Source of the DNA: Octopus sinensis
Taxonomy: Eukaryota
Direction: 5' to 3'
NCBI RefSeq assembly: GCF_006345805.1
Contig: NC_043003.1
Span: 78,182,001-78,246,000 of the forward strand
Length of the DNA stretch: 64,000 bases
The notes under the pieces are model-generated. The model was not told the DNA's origin, ran no database searches, and saw nothing but the letters and a program-made list of their open reading frames with translations. Both the position numbers and the translations under genes were made by a program. Shown here piece by piece: positions 13,301 to 27,300 of this stretch (its first letter is position 1; every line of letters starts with the position of its first letter).

Positions 13301-15048
13301 AGCTGGGACCCTACATCAATAGGAGTAAACGTTGCAAGCTGTGCATAGCTAAACAGGTGAGAATATTAAAGGGCTTCCTCAACCCAGGGTACATCTTAAA
13401 TTCCAGGACAGAAACATTCTCACCCTGCTTACACTTGAGGAGATTCTTACTGAAGTCCTGGAACTCACAAACCAACCACGTCAACTACAGATAGTTGTCC
13501 GATTGTCAACAAGTAGCTATGAGGTCTTTTCTCCCTCCACTTTGAAGAGAGGTCATAGGCCACTGGCCATTAGGGTCTGAAGAAATGTTATAAAGCTTAG
13601 TGCTTTATGAACATGAAACCCATGGTAACCCCATACACCCGGCCATAGTTATCTGTATCTAATTACTCTACTGCTCTATATTTAGTGTGCTTTTGGATTT
13701 GTGATTTACTGATGATGTACACACATGCACAAGTGCAAGTATCATGCATACATACATTCATATGTACATGTACCATACATTTATACATACATGTTAAAGC
13801 AAAACAAAAGTTTAAATATTTCACAAAGTGTTACATATAAGCTTGTTACTGTTACTTGACTCTGCTGCTGCATTATTTTTGAGCCAAGTGAAATTTCCCT
13901 GTCCCCGTACCCTATCCATGTCTGTCTCTGCTGATCCTTGCTTGTAGTTCCTTTATTTTCATCTTGAAACTATGATGGCTCCCAATGTTTTTGGACTGTA
14001 AAAGGATTCCAAACTGCATGCCTTATTTATTTAATTTTTTTTAATTCCTTCATTTTTGTTGCATCAATGTATTGTAATCACTTAGCATCATCAATGTTGT
14101 GGACCTTTTGTTTTTGAAAAGGATACACATTCATTAAAAAAAAAGAAAGTAATAAACAAAATCACTGCATGTGTATTTTTCGTATTTTTGTTGTTGCTCC
14201 TCCTACTACCTCTACTACTACTACTCCTCGCTGTTACTTCTCCGCTCCTCTGTGCCTGCCCTGTAAATCCACATGGACTAACCAGCATGTTCGACAGACA
14301 GAGAACAAACCAACTCAGTCCCAATATGGCCACTGGAGAGTCCTTAAAGAAAGCAAAGGTCAGTATTGGTCTGGTCTTGCTCATTTTGGGATGTTCTTTT
14401 TCTTTTCTTTTTAAAAAAATTTATTTTGTATCTTCTAGATCTGAAAACATTTTGCATGTATATAGTGTCTTATATCTTGTTTTGGCCTTCATGTAATTAC
14501 TTTCTGTGTGTGGAAGATGTTTTACAAATTGGACTTCTCGTTTACTAATATTATTGGTAGATAAGGCAATAATCAGTATTATTAGTCGGTATATTTAGAC
14601 CTACCTTTTCTTTTATTCTTGACAACATATATACACAGACAGACGTGTGTGTGTGTGTGTATGTATATATATATATATATAATTTAGCAGAAGCAACAGT
14701 GTTTCAGGGGCTGAGAGTTTTGTGTGTTGTCTAATCAAACTTGTGTTTGTGTCACCATACCTATGTGTGTTTGTGTGAAGTCATGAATTACCCCCACCCC
14801 CCGCCACATAACTTTCTATTTTACAAGTAAGGCATCTGTTCTACATGGCTTTGAAGGTGTGAAATAAATGGATGATTTGTTGATGAGAACTGATGACAAC
14901 AGCACTGCCCACCACAACTTTCATATGAGCAATCACAGATGTATACACACCCACCCACCCACTCATGTATGCACACACACATATATATATATATATGTAT
15001 GTAAACGTGATATATGCATATCTGAGTATGTATACAATGGATGATAGT

Positions 15049-15087
<39 letters not shown>

Positions 15088-15531
15088 AACCTTAAAGCCT
15101 TGTGAATGGATTTGGCAATCGGAAACTGGAAGAACCCCATTGTATGTATATGTATCCATTTGTGTCTCTAATATAATAGTTGGAAGTAACCATTACTGTT
15201 GTTCATTTCCAGTCTTCTGGTCATGGGGAAATATCTTGTTTGGAAATAGCTGAGAGCTAGCAACTAGAAGTGCATCTGATGGTAGAAAATCTGCCTCAAT
15301 GGATTCTGGCTGATTCAAACAGACATTAGGGCATCCAGCTATAGAAACCATGTCAAAACAGACAGTAGAGCCTGGTGCTGTTCTCTGACTTACCAGCTCC
15401 TGTCAAACCATTGGACCCATGCCAGCATTGCAAACAGACTCCGATGATTTTTATATATAAATATATATAAATATAAATATATATAATATAAATATATATA
15501 AATATAAATATATATAAATATAAATATATAA

Positions 15532-15594
<63 letters not shown>

Positions 15595-18500
15595 ATATAT
15601 GGTCATCCCATAAATAATGCAATTTTTTTTAATACTTTTATTTGTCAATGTTAAATATACACTTCTTCATTTTCTACAATCTACAGTGCTCTGGTAGACT
15701 TGCAAGGCCCCTCTTCCAAAATTTACTTATCTGTGATGAAAAATACTCCTCCAGGACTGTTCTGACCTCTTCTACAGAATTCATATTTTTTCTGTCCAAA
15801 TGATTTTGAAGACTGTGGAATAGATGATAATCAGATAGGGTAATGTTTGGCAAATATAGTTGATGGGGCATTGTTTCCCATTCAAACTGCTCCAGCCTTT
15901 GAAATGTCATCCTTGCTGTATGCGGTCAAGCATTATCCTGATGGAAGAACACCTTTCATCTTGAAACCAAAGATGGTCATTTTTCTTCTTGTGCTGACTT
16001 ACGCTGCTTGCAGTAGATCTCCTTTGTTATCATTTGGGTTTAAAAGTTCAAAGTGGACTAAACCTTTCATATCCCAACAAACAGATAACACTTTATGTAG
16101 GTGAAGACCTTCTTTAGCCTGGGGTGCCAGTGTTTCTCCTTTCTCTACCACTGTCTTCAACACTTGACATTTTTATAGAGAATCCATTTCTTGTCACTGT
16201 TCAGTCCAAAAAAGGTTCATTTGTGAGACATGACAGCAAAGAAGAGCACACATTCACTCTTTGCATGCAGCTGGACTCAGAAAGTTTGTGAGGAACCCAT
16301 TGACCCAATGTGCTGACTTTTCCAATGACACACTGGTGTTGATGAATGGCTAAATGACCAATTCCAAGCTTCTCTGCTAGTTCCTCAACAGTTATGGTGA
16401 TATTTTGTTCCACCAGGATTGCGGACATCATCATCAAGCTCTCCAGGTTTTCCAGTCTTCTAGACTATTGTTTCTGGCTCGGAATTTCTGGAACCACTGT
16501 TGACACTGGTTTATGCTTATTGTCTGATAGCCATATACTACTTTAATATTCCTTGCACTTTTCATAACGTTGTTGCCTTTATTGAACCCATATAGCAAAA
16601 TATGCCAAATATACTCGTTCATCACTTCCATTATAGCTTTGAAAAAATAACTGTTAAAATCAAACTGTACTCTTCAAAACGTTCACCAAGAATAAGCACA
16701 AGGTAAAATTACTATCTGCTTCTATAGCAAGTTGATGCATGTAGTTTATCCCAACCCCTTCGACTTTATTTCACACAATTTGAGGAAAAAATGCATTATT
16801 TATGGCATGACCCTATATATATATGTAAACACTCCCTGTTTTATCTTTTGACTGTGCATTCATGGATATGCTCAGCTTGTAGGGAGTACTTGAGATACTG
16901 AATGTTTGCTTTGAAGTCCATTTTTATCATTTGTAAGCTCTCTACATTAATTGAATCCACCTACATAGCCAAGTGATCTATGCTTGTGATGGACTTGATT
17001 CTTGTTCTATAGTCCACATGACACCACTCTATGCTACATACAGCTATCATATTATGCTCCACCTCATTGCATACACACACAGTTGTAACCAAACATGATG
17101 GTCGATGAATGATACCTTAGTCCTTTCACTGTTTTGTAGAATTTTTTTTTTATTTTTAAATTTCTGAAATCTTAGTCTGCTAAATTTCAAATATTTATTT
17201 CTCAAGATTGTATGTTTTATTGGATTACATGACTTATCTTTTCCTTCTTTCTTTCCATTTTTCTTTTTTTTTTTTTTCTTTTCTTCTGTTAAGTACTATA
17301 GGAACTTAATTCAGTTACTTTTCTTTGCAGCTTTGACACAAGAAATTCCATTTGAGATTTTATCTGGTTTTCATGTATTTTACTGATTTTCATTTTTTTT
17401 TTTTTTTTTCCTTTAATTATTTAAGTGACAGGACTTAAACATCTGTCAATATAATACACTGAGACAGTGAACCAGCAGAATCATTAGCATGCCAAGGCAA
17501 AATGTTTAGCATTTCGTCCATCTTTACTTTCCGCCATTGTCAACTTTGTTTTTCATCCTTTCAGGGTCACTAAAATAAGTACCTGTTGAGGACTAGGGTC
17601 AATGTAATTGACTAGCTCCTCCCCTGAACTTGCTGGTTTTGTGCCAAAATTTGAAACCAATATGCTACATTATCTAGAGAAATTATTTGGTATTATCATT
17701 ATATAGTATTTATTGATGTAAAGTCCCCCACCGCCAAATTTTATATCATTTTATGTATTACAGAAAATAACATTCTTCAAAGAATTCTTACTTTGATATA
17801 CTTCTGTCCAGTTTCTTAAATCTTTTCAAAGATGTCTACTGGCACTCCAGCTGTTATGACATCAAGGGTTCCAGTTGATCCAATCAACAGAACAGCCTGG
17901 TCGTGAAATTAATGTGCAAGTGGCTAAGCACTCCACAAACGTGTGCCCTTAACATAGTTTTTAGGGAGATTCAGTGACATGGAATGTGATAAGGCTGGCC
18001 TTTTGATATACAGGTACTACTCATTTTTGCTAGTTGAGTGGACTGGAGCAATGTGAAATAAAGTGTCTTGCTGAAGAACACGTGTCACCGGAAATTGAAT
18101 TCATGACCTTGCGATTGTGAATTGAATACCTTAACCACTAAGCCATACTCCTTCACTTCTCAAAGATGACTGATGCATTTATTTTCAATAATTATAAATG
18201 AACTTGCATCTGTAAATATGTGTATGACTTATTTCAACATGGCTTTCTAGTAGTTACATGCATATAGAATAAAATTGATCAAAAGATAATTCCTTTACAA
18301 ACCAAAATAATTACTGAGTTGGTACTTAACTCTGGTCTTTAAAATAGCATTATGATGAGATTAGATAGATGACTTTACTGATTCTGCAGTTAGGTGAACT
18401 GAGGTCATATACTCATTAATAATCTTTCCTAGAAACAGTTGGAACACCAGCACAGGTGTGATTTTATGGCCTATGAGCTAGAAATCAATTGCACAAGATA

Positions 18501-21500
18501 TTTCAAATGGGTTCTTCTCAAATTTTCTTGCTACAAGAATAAAACTTTCATTTTTGTGATAAGCTATTGGTGTAGTTATATCCATTTGGAAAGAGTACTT
18601 GTCAGCATTGGAATAATTCAGGTTGCTTCTCTTTGAGGAATTTAGTAAATTCACCAGTAAGAATCGTAGAAAAAGTTTGTTGGAATGTAATTTTTGAAAA
18701 AAACTTTAAGAAACTAGTTGTTGATGTCTCTCATCTAACTAACCATTTATGATGCCTTAAAAATGTTGTGAACTTAGTCTACAAATTATATAAGTCGAGA
18801 GATTGTTTTAAAGTTGAAACTTTTGTATGCTTTCTTCACTGTGGAAAACTTTTCTCAGACCTAATTTCTTTTTTAAAACTACAAAAAGCTATTTACAGCT
18901 AAAGAAATATCTAGTAAACCAACTAAAATCTTAAAAATACAGTAGCTATTCAAAATGTTCTGTCACCAGTGTCCTAGATATACCAGGATACACCCTCTGC
19001 CAAATTTAGTTCTGCTTAAAATTTAAAATGTTAACTTGAAAATTACAACTGATTATGCTAAAATAATACCCTCATTGTATAAAAATAAAATGAACATATT
19101 TAGTCTTGTATAAATTATCCAGAACAATACACACTGTGATATTCTTTTCATCCCCATCATCATCATTTAGCGTCTGCTTTCCATGCTAGCATGGGTTGGA
19201 CAGTTCAACTGGGGTCTTTTATTTATATTTATTGTTTATTTGGAAGTAGTTTGGTGCTGACTTAAACCCTTTGGCATTCAGATTACTTGAAAGTGATCAT
19301 ATTTATTCACATTTTTTAATTAATCATGCGTTATCTTGTTTCAAAATTTTGATGGTGTGATTGTTTATTTTTAGAATGACATTATAGAGTAGGTATAAGA
19401 AGCCAGATCTGGTTAGTTCGAACATAATCCAGTTAGAATATTTGGGTCTGATATGGCTGGTTTTAAATGGTAAATGGTTTTTCTTGAGTATTGTCATGCT
19501 CATTGGAAAGCCACTAGAAACACAAATTACAGTCTTCACTAGATATTTAGTTGACATCTTTAATGTGTCATATTGCTCAATACTAATGTAAATGTGTCTT
19601 TAAGAATTAGCACTGACTTGTTCTAATAAGAATAATTTTAAGATAAAAATATTTGCTATTTCTGTTGTAATCAATATCTTGTTTTTGTGTACAAGCCAAT
19701 AACTTATAAGTAGTTATATTTTCTTTTAATAGTTAAATTTGTATGATTATGATTATTTTCTTCCTAAATCTCTCATTCACTAATGTATATGTGATCAATT
19801 AAGGATTGCTCGAACGCTTACTGAAAGTAAATGTTTTCCTAATTTGGTAATCTAATTATTCTTATGGACCTTAAGTTAGGGGAAAATTGATAGAGGTAAC
19901 GTAGTGAGTAGAATTTTTAGGCAGATTGTAGGAAACGTTAAAAGTGTGATGTTGTTTGACAGCAAATAAGCTCTGATGATTGTTTTAATGTGAACTAATT
20001 TGGAAAGTGCTTGTGACTGTGTGGTAAGAAGTTTGCTTCCCAACTATTTGGTTCCAAGTTCAATCCCGCTGCATGGCACCTTGGGCAAGTGTCTTCTACT
20101 ATAACCACAGGCCAAAGCAAAGCCTTGTTGGTGGATTTGGCAGGTAGAAACTGAGAGAAGCCTGTGTGTGTATAGATGTGCGTGGGTGTCTGTGTTTGTC
20201 CCAATCACCACTACTTGACAACCAGCATTGATATATTTATGACCCTGTAACTTAGTGGTTCAGTAATAAAGACCAATAGAATAAATACTAGGGTCAATTC
20301 ATTCAACTAAAATTTCTTTAATGTGGTGTCCTGGCCTTGCTGCACTCTAATGACTGAAAGAAATAAAAGATATAAGGCAAGCAAAATAAACATCTGGATT
20401 AATATGGATCTATTTCATATTTCTTGCAGAAAGAAGCCTTTAGGTATAATAGAGAGGTATAGTACTCTCCATTGATGGTGTGACTGTTCTGAAGACAGTC
20501 AGTAAACACTGACTGCATACCAAGAAACTGAAGCCATCGCTTTCTCTGCAGATGAAATGAGCTTGGCCTTCTTTGGAGCAGGTGACGAGAGGTGTTACCG
20601 CTGCATGGATTGACTCTTAATGCCTGGCTCAAAGTGATGAAGCCAACATTTATCTTGGGTTTGGAAATGTTCAAGGAAACCAGCTAAATCTGCCTGAAAC
20701 AATGTCAAATTTTTTTGTGATGTGATCTGCCTGATGTTCTTTTGATCACAAGTCAGAAGATGGGGCAATCACTGAGCAGAAATGTTCATCATGCCAAGTT
20801 CATTGTGTAGGAATACTTTCAATTTTCTCACGGGATACACTAATAGCATTGGCTATTCTGGTGCTTTGCATTGATTTCAAATTCCCACCTTGGCTGACAT
20901 GTATGTTATACTTAGTCCATTTCCAAGTTTAACATCACCATCTAGAGGTTGTTAGTGGAGTTGCCTTTACTGCAAGCATTTAGGCTTGGTGTCCAGTTTC
21001 AGGATAGCCACTCTTCTCCCTCCTGCCTGAGTTGGAGACCCCGTAAAGAATCATGGGCCTTGCCTTCTCTCTTGACTAAAAGATAAAAAAATATATATAG
21101 TTTCGTTGATTTTTAGTTGTTTAACCCTCAGAGAAAAAATGGCTGGCATCTGTAAACTTTGTTGAAACCATCTTGTCATAGCTAAATCATCCTCCCACTT
21201 TTAATGAGGAGGAGGACACATTGGATAATATTATCAAAGACCCTCTCTATCTTAAAAAAAAAAAAAAAGAAAACATGTTGGTGTCTAGAATGTCTTTTGA
21301 TCATAAATCAACTAAGAACTGACTTGAACTTAAGCAGTAACAACAAGGTGAAGCCATTATCCTTTGTAGGTGTCCATAACTAATTTAAATGTTTCTAACT
21401 TCCATTTAGGTGCGACAGTGTTGCCAGGGGCTACAAAAGCCTATCCCAGTGAGTCCTCTTTTCTGCTATTGTCGCTACTCAGGGTCCACTAAATGAGAAT

Positions 21501-24267
21501 ATTTTTGCATTGTTAGTCATTTAGATATCCTAGTCTTAGATATGTCCAATAACTGATTAGAAATATATCTAACAGATTTTTTTTTTCATGATCATGCTTT
21601 GAAGTAATTACACTGTGTAACACAATTTTTGTCTTTGGTTAGCTATTGTTATATCCTCTTTGCTTTACCCCTAGAAAGTATGAAAAATAGCTATTATTTC
21701 CTTCAAACTTTACTTTTGTTACAATTTAAGCTTTGTAGGTTCCCACATTTTAGCAGATGTTGCCAGAGCATACTTTTAGATAGAATCAAATAGGAAATAA
21801 CACTTGCTAACCAAAGACCAAAAAATTGAAAAAATATTTTGTTACACAGTATTATTAAATTGCAATGAAGTCATTTAGAATTGGAAATGTTTATCTTTTC
21901 AAACTTCATTTATTTATGATCAAAAGTGAACTAATACATTTTTCTTAGTTATCTTTAACATATAGAATACATCCTGATAAAATATATTATAAATATATAT
22001 TTCATCATTTCTAACTGTTTCTTAATCTTGTCTGTCTTTGCTCAGTAGTATTATTTGATTTTATGTCTTTGAGTCTATCTTGATATGTTATATTAAATCA
22101 TTTATTAGTATTTTCTCTGTGTACAAACCTGTTATTTCAATATGCTGTTGCTTGCCTCACCGCCAGTTTCGCTAACAAAAAGTGGCCCACTGGCCCCATG
22201 TATTCATTGCACCTACAGCTTTATCTCTTACGAAGAGACTGCCAATATATTTCATTTAATAGCCAATATGATCAAGGTTTTAGAACGATCCACTAAAATA
22301 TCTTTGTATACTGATATTTTTATTATGTCATTATTACAGCTTTTATAAATGACTGAAGCCAATGTATGAACAAAAGTAGCAAATGTGAAGATCATGATAC
22401 TGCTTGAGTAGTATGGGCTCCACTTCCTCTTTGATCCACTTTCTATTACTTGATTATGTTAACAGATTGTGTTTAATTAGGATTTAACTTAACTTATCTT
22501 AATCCGTTAACTTAATCTAGACACTCAATTATTCAAATAAAAAGGTATGAATGGATATGACTTGATGACTTTAATCATTGAGCTGATCTGGGGTTAAATA
22601 ACAATTTGAGATAGATCCTAAGTTCTTCTTAATCAGGATTAACCTGAGTCTAAACTGCCACAACAGACATATATTTTTGCATTTTCTTCTACGAAGACAT
22701 CTATCGATGATGAAGTCACTTCAGTGATAGTTGATGTATCATCTCTCGTATCTCCTGGTGATTTTTCAATTTGAAATGTGAGCAAAGTTTTTCTGCAAGA
22801 GTCACATTTCTTGTCCAGGAATTAGGCTCGCTTTGGGATATTTTGTTACAAAATCTGTTGTTATTTTTAAACCCTTTATGCTTTTCGATGGGTCATGCCA
22901 CTTTTCTTGCTTAGCTAAAAACCTGTCTTTTACATCCATCGGTAACCAGGAATTAACTAAAATGGTCATATATATCTAATCTGCTAAAAAAAGAATACGA
23001 ATTAATTTGATAAGGCTATATAATGGGAACCATAGTTAATAGAAGACCTTATAACTACAGTTCCCACTGAGATTCCAGTATGTATTTTTGTGAGTTTTGA
23101 CTAAGTAGGGTAATATTTGGACAAAATTTTTTTTTTAAATTGATGACCACGTCTTTTGACCTGTCAAAGGTCAACTTTTTTATTTTCATTTTGAGGTAAA
23201 AGTACACAAAACAAAAGTTGTAGATCTGTTTAAATGCTTCAAAAAAGAAAAAAGAAATAAGCTTTCTAGCTCAATTAGTAGCTGGAATATGACTTCTCAA
23301 AGTTATTGAGTAGCCGAAAAAATGTCACTGTTTTAAAAATTTTAAATGGTCATAACTCAGCAAATATTTGAGTCGGGTAAAAAAAAAAAAAATTTCATAT
23401 TTAAATATAAAGACTATTTTGCATGCAAAATTTGAAAGAAATCAGTTTCAGTCACCTTCGGCTCCTGTGTTGATTTCACATGGAACAACCAACAGTGAGA
23501 AGTCATCACTTAGCAATTACACATCATAACATATTTAAAAAGTATAAAATTACATTTTTTACAATATTTTTGTGATTTTTTTTTTTTTACATTCTTTGTG
23601 ATGATATTTCATAAAATTGATTAGAATTCATGTAATTCTGTTTTAAATTTGATTAGACATATCAGAATAATAATTGTCTCTTAAATTTTGTTGCCAGTGC
23701 ATGGAGCATGCCAACATGAAATATAAACTTGCCTGGAAATTGTTTAAAATGTTCTTCAAATTCTCCCTCTTCAGTTCTCAATTTCTATCATTTTCTTTGT
23801 TCATATTCAAACATCAGGATGAAATCTTATAAAGGTTTCTTGAACATGTCTCCTTATATCTGTTCTACTGTTGAGAATTATTTTCATGATTAAGATGGTT
23901 TTTAAACCAAGCAAATTTTGTCTTTAAATAAGTTTTGATTAATTAAATGATATATCCTGCTCTTTGTAGAACAAAGGGAGATTGGTTATTATTGATTGTT
24001 AAAAAAACTGTTCAGTCTTTGCTTAAACTGAAGTGCTTAAAGATAAATTAGTGAAATTTTCTCCATCATGGATAATTAATGATATTGTAACAACTACGAT
24101 CAGTGTGTGTGTGTATATATATATGGACACAGGCATGACTGTGTGGTTAAGAAGTTCACTTCCTGACTGTGGTTTGGGGTTCATTTCCAGTAAGTGTCCT
24201 TATGGGCAAGTGTTTTTTTCTATAGCTTTGAGCTGACCAAAGCCTTGTGAGCAGATCCAATGATAAT

Positions 24268-24309
<42 letters not shown>

Positions 24310-27300
24310 ACTCACACACAGGCCTGTGGTTATATCAGAATGTCAGTCTGATAGTAATGTTCCCTGGTACCTATTCTATTCAATTGAATGTAACTGATTC
24401 TAACTCCAGCAATTCACCAAAACACTTTTGACTCCTCATACGTTGTCTATTACTCTACTATCCACTCAGCTATTTCACACTCTACAATAATTTCTGATAC
24501 CATTTTAAAAGGAATGAATGTCTCCCTAATTTCATTTCATTCCAATGATTCATGCTGTTACTACTCAGTTTTGTTGTAATCAGTTGATTCTTAATAAATA
24601 TAAACTAAGCTGAACATCATATACTGAGTACTCTTTCATTTGTAAACAGTGTGTGTGTGTTATGAAATAGTTGCCTTAATGCAGCTCAGCAAATTTGGCT
24701 AAGCAGTTTTTGGTGTTCCATTATAAATGTTCAAAGCTTTTGCGCTGTTGTCTTATTCATTGCCATCATTGTTAATTGCTATCTACTGATAGTTTTGCCT
24801 CCTTTCAATGACAATCTAGTAATTTTTTGTCTTTTTTTTTATGTACTTGACATTTTTTCTATTTCATTTGATGGTTATGATAATGAATTTGATAAACAAT
24901 CAAACCATTATATGTCATTTGAAGTAGATTTAGGTTGTAATTAAGTATGAAGACCTTATTTACCTCCAAGTTCTTTTTTAATATTGAGATAACGCATTCA
25001 GAATAGTAAATCCATTTTAAATGTTTCTCAGTAACCAGATTCTATCTTTTGTCTATGGATTTCTTGTTTAAAGACTTTTGATTTCATAATAACCTAAGTA
25101 TGAAAATATACTCACATAACAAAACAGGCTTTTGTAAGATGTCTAATTTTGGACCTGTTAATGAGTAATTTTAACCCTTTCGACTTTAAAGCCTTTTAGT
25201 AACCAGCTAAACCATTTTGATAAACTAAAAACTAATAAGCATTTGAGAAAATTTTCTATTTTGCATTTGATTGATGAATAATTCATTCTTTTATCAAACT
25301 GGTTACTCTATGATATTGAATTTCATGTGTTGAAACCCTACTGAAGTTGTTGTTTAACCTCCTCAGGACAGCTCTGGTCAAACACATGCAACTATGTGAG
25401 AATGGTAAACTGGATTTAAAAAGAAATTTTTCCTAATAACAAGGGGTGTTCATTAAAGATTTCCCTTGACCCACTTCCAGTTATTGCAAGAAATGGAACT
25501 TGTACAGGTATAATCATACATGTCTCTACATGTCACATTGTAAATTGTAGCTTTCCATTAGTATTTATTTGTCTTTTATGGCTGCTGAAGTGGACTAAGG
25601 TGTTATAATAGAGGCAGTTGAATGCAGATAAGTGATCTGGTTCTTATACTTGAAAGGTCTTACACCAAAAGAGACTTTCAATATGATGAAAGACGTTTAT
25701 GGTGATAATGCACTATCATACAGCATAGTCAAGCACTGGTATCACCAGTTCAAATGTGGTCGGACATCGGTGGAAACTGCTCCTATTCCTGGACGCCCAT
25801 GTTCCACCATTGATAACACCATCCATTAAGTGGAAGACACCATTTTCGATGATTGCCACAAAATTATTCAGCAACTAGTCCAAGAAGTGAAGATAAGTGT
25901 AGGGTCCATGGAAAAAAAATCATTCACAACCATTTGCACGTGCAGAAGTTGTTGGCACACTGCCAAAAGAGCCTGGGAGCAGTTCACTCATTCCTGCTTC
26001 TGGAAAAGTGTGAACATCCAGGGAATCCATTGTGCAAAAAAAAAAATGAGGACTTTTTCAGCAGACTTATCACACAGTATGAAACATAGGGTCATCATTA
26101 TGATCCTGAGACTAAAGTCCAGTTGATGCAATGGAAGCATAACTCACCACCTCCAAAGAAGGCTCATGTGCAGCCCTCGGCAGGCAAAGTGATGTTCAGT
26201 CTTTTGGGACCAGCACGGAGTAGTAATGATGAATTTTCTGGCAAAGGGCACCACAATTAATGGAGCATATTATGCTTCTCCACTGCAGAAACTGTGGGAT
26301 GCCATCAAAGCATCAGAGAAGCATGACATACTAACCAAAAGAGTCTGCTTCCTCCAAGACAATGCTCCAGTTCACTGTGTGAGTGTTGCCCAGTTGAAGG
26401 CACACTCCTGTTGCTATGAGCTCTTTCCTCATTCCCCTTACTCTCCTGACCTTGCACCATCTGACTTCCACCTCTTTCCAACTATGAAGTCTTTTTAGAA
26501 GGAGAAGCACTTTTCAGATGATGAAAGGTAAAGTCTTGGCTCCAGATGCAACCTATTGACTTCTACAGACAAGGTCTTCACAGCTGCATAAAGCAATGGG
26601 AGAAGAGTGTCACCATTGGTGGTGGGTATGTATAGAGAAGGACTAATAATTATGCCAAGTTTTGTTTATCCCCTTGTCCTTGGGAAGTAGGTATGGAAAA
26701 TATTTAATGAACACCCTTTGTATCATCCAGTTAAATTTGATATTAAGTAAATGAATATTTACTTAATATTCTCTAAATAATGTCTGTCAATCAAGTTTGT
26801 ATTTATCTACTTCCTCCACATTTTTTTCATATGAAATCTAAATAATTTTTTTATGAATTAAAATTTTCTTTTTTCTTTGTGTATATGTATATATATCTAA
26901 ATGTTTTTGATTTTTTTCTGTTTTATAATTATTTAATTTCTTTGTTTAGTCTTAAGAAATATTTTTTTTTGTTTTCTGATAGAATAAATAAAACACTATT
27001 CGATGTCATTGCAACATTTGTAGATTTTATATATACTTAAGAAATTAGTAAAAAAATAATTTTTGAAGTTGAATATACATTCTTGTCTTTCTTATATTAG
27101 ATATTATTGCAAATAGAATTAGTTTGATTTATAGTTTGTTTGTTAATTAACCTGGTAATTCAAATTTTAAAGTTTTTTTTAAAAAAATTGACAACATCTA
27201 TAGCTTTCAGTTGTAATTTTACTTTTTAAAAATGTCATGTTTCACTTCAATTCAATTTAAGAATTAGTAAAAATAATTTTAGAAGCTAAATATACATTCT

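Noticed and set aside
13709-13800. Second CTGATGA hammerhead-like core
   Set aside because: No GAAA or stem II partner downstream.
17331-17374. 44-nt phase 1-to-0 exon candidate that could rescue double inclusion of the 34- and 73-nt exons
   Set aside because: Weak GTATTT donor, and it requires reading exon 14286 in the frame that loses KKAK|ARRRT.
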